64,000 bases of DNA from Malacoraja senta (taxonomy: Eukaryota), in NCBI GenBank assembly GCA_038087875.1, contig JAXLNO010000057.1, positions 1 through 64,000 on the forward strand. Direction: 5' to 3'. Below, piece by piece: positions 12,161-24,253 of the stretch. Position numbers and translations under genes: made by a program. Position 1 is the first letter of the stretch. Each line of letters starts with the position of its first letter. The notes under the pieces were generated by a model, which was not told where the DNA came from, made no database searches, and worked only from the letters and a program-made list of their open reading frames with translations.

Positions 12161-12669
12161 AAGCAAGAGTATTTTCCATGTGGCAGGTGACATCCCAATT
12201 TCCTCCCACGGATGTTTAAAGTATTATCGTACCGTAATACAGTAACTTAAATCAGCTGGAGTAAACTTGATGAACAACCCACCAGACTGATGAGGTATCT
12301 TCTCTCTATGTTGCATGTGGGGATTCACTGTGAAACGTATTTAGCTAATGTTCAGCTCAACCATCCGAAATGTTTGGATAGTTTAGGCGAACAATGTTGA
12401 TCGTGAGGCTAGATGTAGCAAGGACAGTCTCACTGCAGCCAAATCCCTAAATGATTGGAGACAATAGATTCAGTATTAACTTTTTTAATTGAATTAGATT
12501 TGTACATGAAAATCAAATAATTTTGAGACAGCAGGGAAAAGTGACGAGGTTGCTCATCTTTTTTTTGCATTGACAACCGTTTTGGTCTTGGATTACCACA
12601 GACGTGGTTCTAAACTGTGGTGGATTAAGCATGAAATTACTAAAGGAACAACTCATTTTTGTTTTGCAG

Positions 12670-12735
12670 TGCATTCTCATAATGACTTCTTGCTTGCGAT
12701 CTTCACGAGATGTCAGATTATGGTTTCAGCTCCAG
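12670..12735 (+). pseudogene. TADA1: TADA1 exon 3
   Basis: TTGCAG/GTAAAT; VHSHNDFLLAIFTRCQIMVSAP; phase-compatible with exons 2 and 4. Confidence 0.92.
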
Positions 12736-13188
12736 GTAAATGAGATTTTAATACTTTCTACAAAAATACCCAATACTTATCTGTTTTAGTGCTTCTCCTA
12801 ACTCATGGTGTGTCTTGATCTCTATGCTTATGGGCTTTGGTCTTCTAATTGAGATGTGGCGAATTAAAATTTTCATTGACCTTTTCAAATCCCTCCCTGT
12901 CTTTGCTCTTCTCTATTCTTCAACCTTTACATTGATAACTCCTCCCATTCTGGCCGCCTCATTTTGCAGTGGTCTTATGTTTCTTACATAATGATGCATG
13001 AACATTCACGACATCATTTAATAAAATGGAGGAAAGTTCTTCCGCCCTGCTCCTGTGCTCTTGGGTGGAGACTGAGAATAAGTGAATGATATAAGTGGTG
13101 CTGTTAGCTGATAGAACAGGGCAAAGGCTAGTGAATATCAATAGGTATATCTGGGAGATGTAACAAAGATCAGCCTGAAGAAGGGTCC

Positions 13189-13391
13189 TGTAGATGACAT
13201 GTGCATGTACCTTTAACATAGTGACCTCACCACTACTAACCACTCCCCACATCACTAGTATAATTACAACCTTCCCACCCAGTGCTCGCTCTCTAGTTCC
13301 GGTGACAGACCACGAACAGCTAGGGCAGTAAAGTATGTGTATCATGAATAAACAGTAGTAAAGACACAGTGTGTTATGACACATCTTTACA
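13189..13391 (+). mobile_element. Solo LTR (203 bp) with 5-bp TSD
   Basis: TGTA...TACA termini, internal AATAAA, GGTCC at 13184-13188 and 13392-13396. Confidence 0.85.
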
Positions 13392-14286
13392 GGTCCCGAC
13401 CGGAAATGTCACCTATCCATGTTCTCCATGGATGCTGCCTGAGACGCTGAGTTACTCCGACAGTGAGTCTCTTTTTTGTTAAACCAGCGGGTGCAGTTCC
13501 TTGTTTCTACTTCTATGTCTACTAGCCATTTCTCTGTTCTCTCAGCTGACACCTGCACACTTATTATTCAATCATCCCAGTCTCCACCCTTCATAACTGA
13601 TAGGAGCAGAATTTGTTCATTCGGCTCATCAAGTTTACTCCGATCATGGCTGATCCATCTCTCCCTCCTAACCCCATGCTCCTGCCTTCTCCCCAGAACC
13701 CCTAACACCGGTACCCTAATCAATAATCTATCTATCTCTGCCTTAAAAATATCTATAGTCAGCCTCCACAGCCTTCTGTGGCAATGAATTCTACAGATTC
13801 ATCATCCTCTGACTAAATAAATTCCTCCTGATCTCCTTCCTAAAGGAACGTCCTTTAATTCTGAGGCTATGACCTCTGGACTTGTACTCTCCCACCAGTG
13901 AAAACATCCTCTCCACATCCACTCAATTCAGGCTTTTCACTATTTGGTAAGTTTCAATGAGGTTTCCCCCTTAATCCTTCTAAACTCCAGCGAGGAGAGG
14001 CCCAGTGCCATTAAACGCTCATCATATGCTAACCCACTCATTCCTGTCACCCTATTTCACAGGAGCAGTGTTGCGGGACTTTCCTCCATTTTATTCAATC
14101 ATATGGGGAATGTGGCACGTGCCATGCATTTTGTTCACATTAAATTGCCTTGATCTGATAGACAGCTGCTGTTAAATGTCCTGTGGAACCCGCAGGATAA
14201 ATTTATCAACAACATTTGCAAAGACTACGAGTGACCCTTAAGAAATGAAGCCAACTCATACTGCCTTTGTACTGTTCACGTTACAG

Positions 14287-14384
14287 AAGGTATATCCTCT
14301 CAACTATGGAACAGTCAATCGGCTGCTAAACCCGGTAAACCTAAAAGCAAAAAAAAGTTCCCATCCCTCCGAGCAAAGTTTGAA
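14287..14384 (+). pseudogene. TADA1: TADA1 exon 4
   Basis: TTACAG/GTGAGT; EGISSQLWNSQSAAKPGKPKSKKKFPSLRAKFE (SAAKPGKPK conserved). Confidence 0.9.
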
Positions 14385-16160
14385 GTGAGTTACTCCCAAG
14401 CCAACGATGATTCTTCTTTTGGCTACTTGCTGAGCTCGTTTTGGAAGACGTTTTGGTAAAATTATTTTAGTTTCACGTAATTAAAATGAACAAACTAAAG
14501 ACTCCTGATACTCCGTGGATGAATAATGATGTAATGTTGTCGGCGTGGGCAAGTTGGGTCGGTTTCCACGCTGTATGACTATAAAGGGATGATTGAGGGC
14601 AAAAAAAGCATGCAAAAGAAGAAAGTGTTATTATGTTTTTATCAGCATTGTGTTACCATTTAACAATGGTCACTAAATAAAAATCTTTACAGTTTAAATA
14701 ATAAAAGCAGCATATTGTAGTCCCCCAGCATATCTCCATCTCGGTTATGTAGTTGGAGGCTTTATTTGGATTCCAGGCCTGGAGGATGGGAAGACAAAAG
14801 ATCTTATTAATTAACTTAATGTATTTATGGAGGTGTGTTTGTTTTAATGCGTTTTGGTTAGTTAGTTTTGGTTAACTAGTTTTTTTCCCAATTATTTACA
14901 TCAATTTTTTAAATAATCAACATCGATAATTACAACCAAAACATGCTCTGATGATGGCTATTTAACCCAATCCATGGCTTTTAAAGATAGAAAGACTCAC
15001 ATTTTCATAGCCGAATCACATCCCATTCAAGGTATTTTTAAGGTGGAGAAGTGACAGATACTTGATGGGTAGGGCTATCAAGAGTTATGGGGAGAAAGCA
15101 GGAGAATGGTGTTGAGAGGGAAGGAAAGGTCAGCCATGATTGAATAGCGCAGTTGACTCGATGGGCTGAATGGTCTAATCCTGCTCCTTGAACCTATGAA
15201 TAATGGCTCTGAACATCAGAGGCTCCTGAGGAAAAAGACAGTGCTGGAGTAACTCAGTGGGAGGGTGGCATCCCTGGAGAGCATGGAGAGGTGGAGTTTT
15301 GGGTCTGGACTCTTTTTCAGACTGATTGTAGGTGTGGGAGGAAGGAAGCCAGAAGAGTGGAGGGGCAGGACAAAGCATGGTAGGTCATAGGTGAACACAG
15401 GCGAGGCAGGTTAGTGATGGGCAGATGGTTGGACAAAGGCCAGAGATGATCACGTACAAGGAGCAAAATAAAAGGATCAGTGAGTTGCGAATTGTGAAGC
15501 TAGAGGATTGACGAGGTGTGTTGGAATGGAGGGGGAGGGGAGAGATGGGTGCAAGATGGGCTCAGTGGAGGGGGTGTTTATAGGGGAGGGGATGCATGGG
15601 ACGGGGTTAATGGGCAGGGGGTCCAGCAGAAATACTATCTGAATCTTGCTATAGTCAGGGGGTGGTGAATCTGTGCAATTCATTGCCACAGGAGGCTGTG
15701 AGGTCCAAGTCAATGGATATTTTGAAGGCAAATGTAGATCGATTCTTGTTTAGACAGGTGACAGCGGTTATGGAGGTGAGGTTAGGAGGGAGTTAGATCA
15801 GCCATGATTGAACGGTGGAGTACACATGATGGACAGAATGACCTAATTCTGTTCCTATCCCTTATGAACACATACCTTGTAGCCTGATTCATGGGTACAG
15901 AAGATTAATAGGAATGGGGCTCCACAGGTCAGTATATGTGGGCAGTGACCCAGATCCAGCAACATTCAGCCAAACATTGCCCTGGTCCATCTACAATGGA
16001 AATAATGTTAGAATTGCTTATAAATAGCAACTTTGGAATAACATTGTACTTGATCGTTTTTTGTCAAGTTAATGCCAGGATCAGATCCCATTTCTTTTCA
16101 GTTGATAATGCGTGTGTAAACATATCATTTAATTTAGAAATCCGATAGTTTTCATATTTC

Positions 16161-17018
16161 TTTTTTTTTTTTTTTTTTTTTTTTTTTTATTTTTTTATTA
16201 TTTTTATTAGAAGTACGGTAATTTACAGTAATACACAACACTTATATCTTAGTACATTTTTTATACCGCTTCATTTTTTGAGCTTTAAGAGAAAGATATA
16301 AGTAAGAAAAGTGAAGAAAGTGCGCAAGAGTCGTGAAGTGCAAAAGAGTGTTGTGAAAAGAAAGCCCCTTAGAAAAGAAGTTAGAGAAGGAAGTAAAGTA
16401 AGAAAGCAGATCCTAGAAAAGAAAGAAAAAGAAAGTAGGAACAATCGCAGAAAGGGAACCACCGACCAAGTCTGTTTTTATTGTTTTACCTCCCATTACC
16501 AGGTCCTGATACCATTCTTTATTTATTTATTTTTTAAATTACTATTGCACCTCATGCTTGTAATAGGTCCAAAAACGTAGACCACGTCTTTTGGAATTGG
16601 TCTGCTTTCCCTGCTAAGAGGAATCTCATCTCTTCCAGATGTAATGTTTCCAACATATTTGATGTCCACATTTTTATTGTTGGTGTGGGCGCATTTTTCC
16701 AGAATTTAAGTATGAGCCTTTTACCCATTATTAGCCCGTAATTGAATAAGTTCTTCTGGTACTCATTTAATTCAGGGATACCTTCCGATATTCCAAAAAT
16801 GATCCATTCTGGTTTTGGTACCAGTTTTATTTTAATTAATTTTGAGAAAATATCAAATATTTCATACTAAAAATTTTGGATTTTTGTACAAAAAACAAAA
16901 GAATGCGCTATGGTAGCTTCTTGACATAGACATTTATCACAGATTGGTGAAACATTAGGAAAGATTTTATTTAATTTAGTTTTTGAATAATATAGTCTAT
17001 GTAATGTTTTGTTATTAC
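16161..17018 (-). mobile_element. 5'-truncated L1 LINE (ORF2 C-terminal zinc knuckle, 3' UTR, poly-A) with 16-bp TSD
   Basis: [41 protein letters not shown]...; poly-T from 16161; ATAGTTTTCATATTTC at 16145-16160 and 17019-17034. Confidence 0.93.
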
Positions 17019-17072
17019 ATAGTTTTCATATTTCATGAAGCTTTTTGCTCAAGTGCTTGCATCTTCCTTCAG

Positions 17073-17282
17073 CATCGTTTCCAAGCACAGAAACCTTTGT
17101 CTGGGGTACAGAACTTTGTGATGAAGGATCCCCAAGAGGAGGATGATGTGAAGTTTTACACTCACACCATGGTGCTTCCCACAAGAGGACAATTAGAAGG
17201 CCGGATGTTCGTAACAGCATTTGAATGTGGGTTGGATAATGTTTCTGAAGATGCGGCGGTGGCAGTGGTGCATGCATTGGAG
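17073..17282 (+). pseudogene. TADA1: TADA1 exon 5, copy 1
   Basis: CTTCAG/GTACTG; 210 nt; [70 protein letters not shown]. Confidence 0.93.
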
Positions 17283-17403
17283 GTACTGCATTAATGTTCA
17301 GTTTTATTTCATTACAAACATATTTCGGTTCTTGTTCACTTAACCCGAGTTGCATCCTGCTATACTGCAGCATCATCTGTCTCCCATGTACTAGCAGTAA
17401 AGC

Positions 17404-17705
17404 TGGGCAGCACAGTGGCACAGCAGTAGAGTTACTGCCTTACAGCTCCAGAGACCCAGGTTTGATCCTGGCCACAGGTGCTGTCCGTACAGTTTGTACC
17501 TTCTCCCCGTGACCATGTGGGTTTTCTCCGGCTGCCCCAGTTTCCTCCCACACTCCAAAGACGTACATGTTTGCAGGTTAACTTGGCTGCAGTAAATTGT
17601 CTCTAGTGTGCAGGATAGTGTTCGTGTATGGGGTGATTGCTGGTCAACACGGACTTGGTGGGCAAAATGGCCTGTTTATGTGTTGTATCTCTAAACTAAA
17701 CTAAA
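17404..17705 (+). mobile_element. tRNA-derived V-SINE/HE1-like SINE; representative of about a dozen copies (e.g. 29630-29980, 37220-37510, 38330-38617, 53420-53712)
   Basis: A/B-box-like head (GTGGCACAGCAG...GGTTTGATCC), central CCCCGTGACC..GGGTTTTCTCCG..GTTTCCTCCCAC, (CTAAA)n tail. Confidence 0.8.
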
Positions 17706-17793
17706 TAAATCTACGTTTTCTTCACCTGGGTGCTGGGAAGACCAAAGTTATGACTTTAGTTCGCTGCCGCAGTTTCTTTTAAATTGCCACCAA

Positions 17794-19158
17794 CTCTCTC
17801 TGTGTTTCTCAACTTGAATGTCTACCATAAAACAACAAACCATAAAAGCTGGTCATGTTTCATCAATTAACTTATTTCCAATTATTTCAATCCATATTCG
17901 CCATTTTAAATGTCCAATTCCTAGCACTAGTAACAATTCTCCAAATTAACTTTACTGATAAGAAATCTAAAAGAACATCAAGAAACCATTAAAAGAAAAT
18001 CAAAAGCTGATTTTTACAACTTCCCTTTTTCAGGTTACGAGGACACAAAGAGTTAATTTTACAGCTTGTTCGTAATCTCCGATGGTTTGCAGTATTTTTA
18101 ACTACAGTGGAAATTCTCGCCCCCGCCACGGGGGGGGGGGGGGGGGGGGGGGGCGTCTGTGTTCAATTTTACAACTTGCTCATTCCAACCTTTCATCTTA
18201 CAACCATTCGTTCCAAACCGGTTTTTACATACAAATCACATTCGTTCCGTTCTTACTTCAAATAGATTATTCAATTTATATTTTCTCCCTGTCCTGCACT
18301 CTTGTCCCCGGCCTTTGCCATCTTCTTATCTGCTACTTTCGGGAGTAACTCCCTCATCATCCTGTCTCTCTCTGTTCCTTATTTGTTGTTTTTCTACTGC
18401 CTGCAACATAATCTTTACTACTTGTTTTTCCCTTCTGTGAAATGGAATTGATCTAACTGTTCTTGTCAGACCTAAAGGATCTTCAAGGAGGCTATTTAAC
18501 AATTCCCCTTCCCCCTCAGGGTCCTCTCCTAGGTACCTCCCTCAGGGGTCTAATTTCTACCGATCTTCTTATCTTCCCCTTCCGACCTTTTTACTCCCCA
18601 TCCTGGTGGTTGGGTGATCTTCGTCCACCCCGGACCCTGTCTTCTCTCTTCCCAGGGTATTTTGGCCCCTTGCGGCTCTGCATTTGCCCCAACGGACTAT
18701 ACCTTATCATTGTTGTCTACTCCAACCCCTGGGTATTTCCTGCCCCCCAGTGGTTCAGCATTTGCCCCAACGGACTATTGGGCAGAATGCGGGGATTTGG
18801 CCTACAGGCTTTTCCCCTCCCTTTTCAGTTTGCCTTGCCGGTACAGACCCCTGAATCCTTCAGGGTGTTAACCACAAGGTCTTTTCAATCGCCCAGGAAC
18901 TACTTTATTAGTCATTATTCCTACCTGGGTTCTGTGCACAGAAATTGCTCGATTGACTTTTCGCGATCTCCAACTAATCTCCAACCACTTTCACTTCTTT
19001 GCCGAGTCTCTGTTTGGTCCGGGCATCACTCGCTCAAACCTTCTGACGGTAAGCAAGGAGTCTGAGACCGCTGAACTCAGCGGGGTGCACCTTCTCTTCG
19101 TCCGTGTACTCCCGTCAGCTGTCCAGAGTAATTAAATCCCGGAACCGAGCCCCCAAAT
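17794..19158 (-). mobile_element. ERV 5' leader/internal region beginning with a tRNA-Pro-type PBS (19136-19155)
   Basis: Minus strand reads ...TCTCACA-ATT-TGGGGGCTCGGTTCCGGGAT, close to the canonical Pro PBS TGGGGGCTCGTCCGGGAT; no recognisable intact gag; lower extent inferred. Confidence 0.7.
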
Positions 19159-19601
19159 TGTGAGATTCAAAATCACAAACGCTTTAGAGACAAAGTCAGG
19201 CAAATAAGTTTTTATTAAGATAATATTCTGCAGAATAGGTGCCTCTCCTCTGCTGTCCCCTAGAGGCACAACGAAGATGGAGATGCTTTCTATCTTTATG
19301 CATTTCATTTCACTATTGTCACACCCTCATCTCTCCACATTGAGCTTCTTCCAATCATAACATAAAGCCCACATTCCCACGAGAACGTCCTGGAACGTCC
19401 ACCCAACGTCAAAGACTCCTAAGGCTTCTGCTGAAGTTTCTATCTGTTTGCTACTTTTTTATCTAGAATTTCTCTCTGTTCTGTATATTGTTGCTTTATT
19501 CTACCAGCAGTCTGGCTTCTGCTGACACCTTATTTCTTTCTAAGTTATACTTTTCAGAGTTCTAGTATAAATCAACCATCCCTATTAACCGTTTTCTCAC
19601 A
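19159..19601 (-). mobile_element. ERV LTR (443 bp)
   Basis: TGTGAGA...TCTCACA inverted termini, AATAAA near 19210-19216, PBS immediately downstream. Confidence 0.85.
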
Positions 19602-20499
19602 ATTTCCACCTCTGTGCCCTCATTTCCTCTCAATTCCTCCCTCCCTCCGAACGGGGCGTTCTCCCGGGGAAGAACCCGGGGTCAGCAGGGCTCCAGGGGT
19701 GAGATTAAGGAAGGATGGAAGATTGGCCAACTATGGAGGTTGACAACAAAATGGCCGCCGGGAAAAGAGGAGCGAGAGAGAGATGGAGAGAGAGAGAGGG
19801 AGATGGAGAGAGGGAGAGAGAGCGAGAGGGTGGGAAGGAACGAGGGGAGGGGAGAAGGGAGAGGGGTTGGTGAATAGGCAATCCCCAGACACGCACGCAT
19901 ACACCCCCCCTCCCTCTCTCTACCCCTTCTATCTCTCCCACGTTCACCATCTATTCTCCTCTCTTCCCCCTTCTAACCCACCCCCCCTCCCCCCCACCCT
20001 TCACCACCGCCATTTTAGCTACTGGCAGCCAGAAGTCAATGAGTGTGAAGCCGGGGGCGGCCATTTTGGATGCTGGCATTTCCCTGTGGTGCTGCAGGTG
20101 GCCATCTTCTCTACAGGCAGTCTGCCATTGCAGTCCATTGGGAGTGAAGCCCTGGGCGTCCATCTTAGCTACTGGCAGTCTTCCATTGAAGTCAATGGTA
20201 GCGATGCCCAGGGAGGTGGCCATCTTTGGTCAAGGCACTTCCATTGAAATCAAAGGGACGTGAAATTCTGGGCGGTCATCGTGTGTGTGTGAGAGAGGAA
20301 GCGAGTGTGTGTAAGAGAAAGCGAGTGTGTGTGTGTGTGAGAGAGGGAGCGTGTGTGTGTGTGAGAAAGAGAGTGTGTGTATGAGAGAGAGAGGGAGCGT
20401 GTGTGTGAGCAGGGCTCTCGCTTAACTTTTTTTCCCTGTTGCCAGCCGGGCAGCCTTGGCAGCTTTTTAGGTTGCCAAATGACAGTTTAGGTGGTCATG

Positions 20500-21245
20500 A
20501 TATTTTTAAGGCCTTGGACAGAGTGGATATGGAGAGGATGTTTCCACTAGTGGGAGAGTCTAGGACCAGAGGTCACAGCCTCAGAATTCAAGGACGTCCC
20601 TTCAGGAAGGAGACGAGGAGGAATTTCTTTAGCCAGAGGGTGGTGAATCTGTGGGATTCGTTGCCACAGACGGCGGTGGAGGCCACAAGTCAGTGGGGAT
20701 TGATATTTAAGGCAGAGATAGATTGTTGATTAGTGCAGGTGTCAGGGGTTATGGGGAGAAGGCAGGAGGATGGGGTTAGGAGGGGGAGAGAGATCGTCCG
20801 TGATTGAATGGCGGGCTGGACTCGATGGGCCGAATGGCCTAATTCTACTCCTAGAACTTACGATCTTAGGAGAGAGGGAGGGAGGAAGAGAGGGGGGAGA
20901 GGGGAACGGAGGGGAGGGGAGGAGAGGGGTCGACTCTCAGAATATTTTTACGCCAGGCTGGAAATGTCCAAGACTAGTTGGTATCGCTGTAAGGAGAGAG
21001 GGGGAAAGTTTAATGGGGATGCGCGGGGCAGTGGTGGGGGCCTCATGTGCCTGACCTGGGGGCGGGGGTGGAGGCAGATATGACGGGGGTGTTTAAGAAG
21101 CTTTTAGGTGGGCATGTGGAAGTGGAGGGGAGAGAGGGATATGGATCATGTACAGGCAGATGAGAGTTTAACCTGGCGTCATGTTCGGCACAAACATTGA
21201 GGGCCGAAGGGCCCGTTCCTGTGCTGTACTGCCCTACGTTCTAAC
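20500..21245 (+). mobile_element. Two CR1 3' fragments
   Basis: KALDRVDMERMFPLVGESRTRGHSLRIQG...RVVNLWDSLPQ. Confidence 0.75.
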
Positions 21246-24200
21246 CATCCAATCACCAACTAGAGAGCAGACCCCGCCTACCATCTACTGCATTGGCAGA
21301 TGTTTTCTGCCGCTCACCTCCGGCGACAAACTCTTTGAATCACTTCTTTCTGGGAGGCGACTCCGGACTATCAAAGCTGCCACATTCAGACATAAAACAG
21401 CTTTTTCCCACGAGCAGTAACTCCATTCAACAGCCAAAAGACCGTAGCCTCTTTTTACTCCGGTACTTTATTTTCACATGTTTGAATTATAATATTTTAT
21501 TTTTTATTGTCTACAGAATATCTTGTTGTTACCTGCGAGCAAAGCACCAATGTAAATGCCTTGGATGTGGACCTACTTGGCTAATAACATTTTTATTCAT
21601 TCATTATTATTCATTGAAGACAATAGACAATAGGTGCAGGAGCAGGCCATTCTGCCCCTCGAGCCAGCACCGCTATTCACCGTGATCATGCCAATCATCC
21701 ACAATTAATACCCTGTTCCTGCCTTCCCCTATATCCCTTGACGCCGCTATCTTTAAGAGCTGTGTCCAGCTCTCTCTTGAAAGCATTCATAGAATCGGCT
21801 TCCACCACCATCTGCGGCAGAGAATTTCACAGACTCTCAACACTCTGTGTGAAAAAGTTTTTCCTCATCTCCGTTCTAAATAAATTACCCCTTATTCTTA
21901 AACTATCCCTCAGACTATCTTTAATCAGACTTTACCTTGCACTAATCGATATTCCCTTAATCCTATATCTGTACACTGTGGATGGGTTGATTGTAATCCT
22001 GTATTGTCCTTCCACTAACTGGTTAGCACATTACAAAAAAGCTTTACACTGTACCTCTCCCTGTAGCTGAAGCCCTCTAATCCAGGCAGTATTCTGGGAG
22101 AACATTTTGTTTTCATAAAGTTCGAACAGTCTCGTCGTAAAACATTTTGTGCTTGAAACGTCAGGCTGGGACACTTGCACCCAGCTGAGTTACTCCAGCA
22201 CTTTGCATCTTTTTAAAAAGTACGCAGGCATCTACAGTTCCTCATGGCTATGTTTTCATTTTTTTAGTACGCGCCGACCAGCGATAACCTGTTCACTAGG
22301 TCTACCCTACTCACTGGGGGCAATTTTCAGAATTAATCTACACACCTGCACATCTTTGGAATGTGGGAGGAAATCGGAGCACCCGGAGAAAACACACACA
22401 GTCACAGAGAGAACGTACAAACTCTAGTCCCACCTGCCTGAATTTGGCCCATGTCCCTCTCAACCTTTCCAGACCTGTCAAAATGTAGTTTAAATCAAAG
22501 AAACAAAATGCTGGAGTAACTCAGCGAGACGGGCAGCATCTCTGGCGAGAAGGAATGGGTGACGTTTCATGTTGAGACCCTTCTTCAGAGTGATGACGAG
22601 AGTGGCCACAGAGATAAAATGTAGTCAGAGACAGTGAGAATGTTAAACTGAGTTATTTTGTCAATCTAAAGTCAAGAAAACTTGACTCAAATGCTTGTAG
22701 CTGTTGGAATTGATTCTTTATTCAGTACTGAGACAATTCTTTGAACCTTCCAACACAGAGTTAGAAGCTCCGGGGCAGCTCCAAAGTATTTGTGTTTTTG
22801 ATACAAACTCATTGCTTTATATAGGTATTTAGACATTTCAAATACAGAGGGTAGGAGGACAACTGGTAACCAATCATCTGAGTCCTTTTGGTGATTTACA
22901 ACATCAGTCACAGGATATCCCCTTTCCTGACGTCTTTTTACAATCTTTGTTTGTCTATGGTATAACTCTATAACTGTTTTAGAATTATTTTATTTTAACA
23001 CAGCAAAACCCCTGTAGGCTTTTATCAAAGACCACTCTTCAAAATATAAGATACATACAATGATCACTCAAGTCATACACACTTTCTATACCAAGAGAAA
23101 AGATATTTCTATAAATCTAAACAATTTCTCTAAGTCTAAAGTGTACCTTTCTACTAGGACAATACATTGCATAATTGGTGTTACTATAATTTTACACATT
23201 TTGAAATATCATTACCTATGTCTTTAAAACATTAATTATATAAGTTTGCTGAATTACAGTTTCTAAGTTCAAAACGCACATTTCCATCTCCCATCCAAAC
23301 ATACATGGGTCGTAAATCTGTCAATTTAGTTAATATGAGTTTGGTGCCTTTCCTGTTATCAGGAAGCAGGATTTCCAATCTCATGTACCAGACAGAACAC
23401 AAGGTACAAGGTACAACCCAGACCATTACGTCAGAATTCCATCTGCTTCAACCTTCTATAAACAACTCCCTCAATCTAATTATTTCTCAAAGCAACTATT
23501 CCTTCACTTACATCTTATTCCTTATCACACTCATAATTTTACACAGCCAAGGCTAACTGCAGTCTATCATCTCTCAGCCTTGAATTCTGTCTCAAACCTA
23601 GCATAACAAGCCATAACTCTTCACGTTTATGTCACATTCAGAGCTCAAAAATGTGCCATAGAGAAAGAGCAGATGGCCTAAGAAGAGGCCCCTTATTCAG
23701 CTTCCCATTCTTCAACACAAAGCCATATCAAATACAATTTCCTCCAGTGCTATAATTGCCCCCAAACAATAACCTAAGCTAAGCAGGTTCAGGTTCAGGC
23801 CTCCATGTTTTGATTCATCTTTGCCTGTGTGTATGTGTCAGTTTGCACTTTATTTCAGTTCTGGGAAACTTTAAGCTTTTCTTTTGCAATTCACCTAGCT
23901 TATATAAAAGTCTCTATCCAAGCGGTTCTATTTGTATAATATTTCCTCATTCCTCACTCTGGTCATTCTATGACCACTAATAGGATAATAACACAAGGCA
24001 GAGATTCATCAGCATTGGCTTATTAGTCATCCAAGTTTATACCTAACCTCGAGATGCTTTATAGCCCCCAAAACCTGGACCACGTAGGTCAGCAGGCTGG
24101 CTTGTTGACACCAATGCTGTTCCCTACTTCTCTGCTGTGCTTCCAACCCTAGCCCTTATGGTGCTCAATTATTCTGGACTTAATAACATTCCTCCTTCTC

Positions 24201-24253
24201 CACATTATTAAGTCTATTACACTTCTCCAACATTTCCTTCTCTACCTGCTGGT

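Larger units (their letters stand above)
15107..17793 (+). repeat. Inverted segmental duplication, copy 1 (contains an L1 insert)
   Basis: Reverse complement of 56825-58637; 2687 bp minus 874 bp of L1 plus TSD equals 1813 bp. Confidence 0.95.

Noticed and set aside
17404..17480. tRNA gene-like A/B boxes
   Set aside because: SINE heads, with no cloverleaf and followed by SINE body and tail
18463..19065. 200-aa plus-strand ORF
   Set aside because: Antisense to the ERV leader with no recognisable motif
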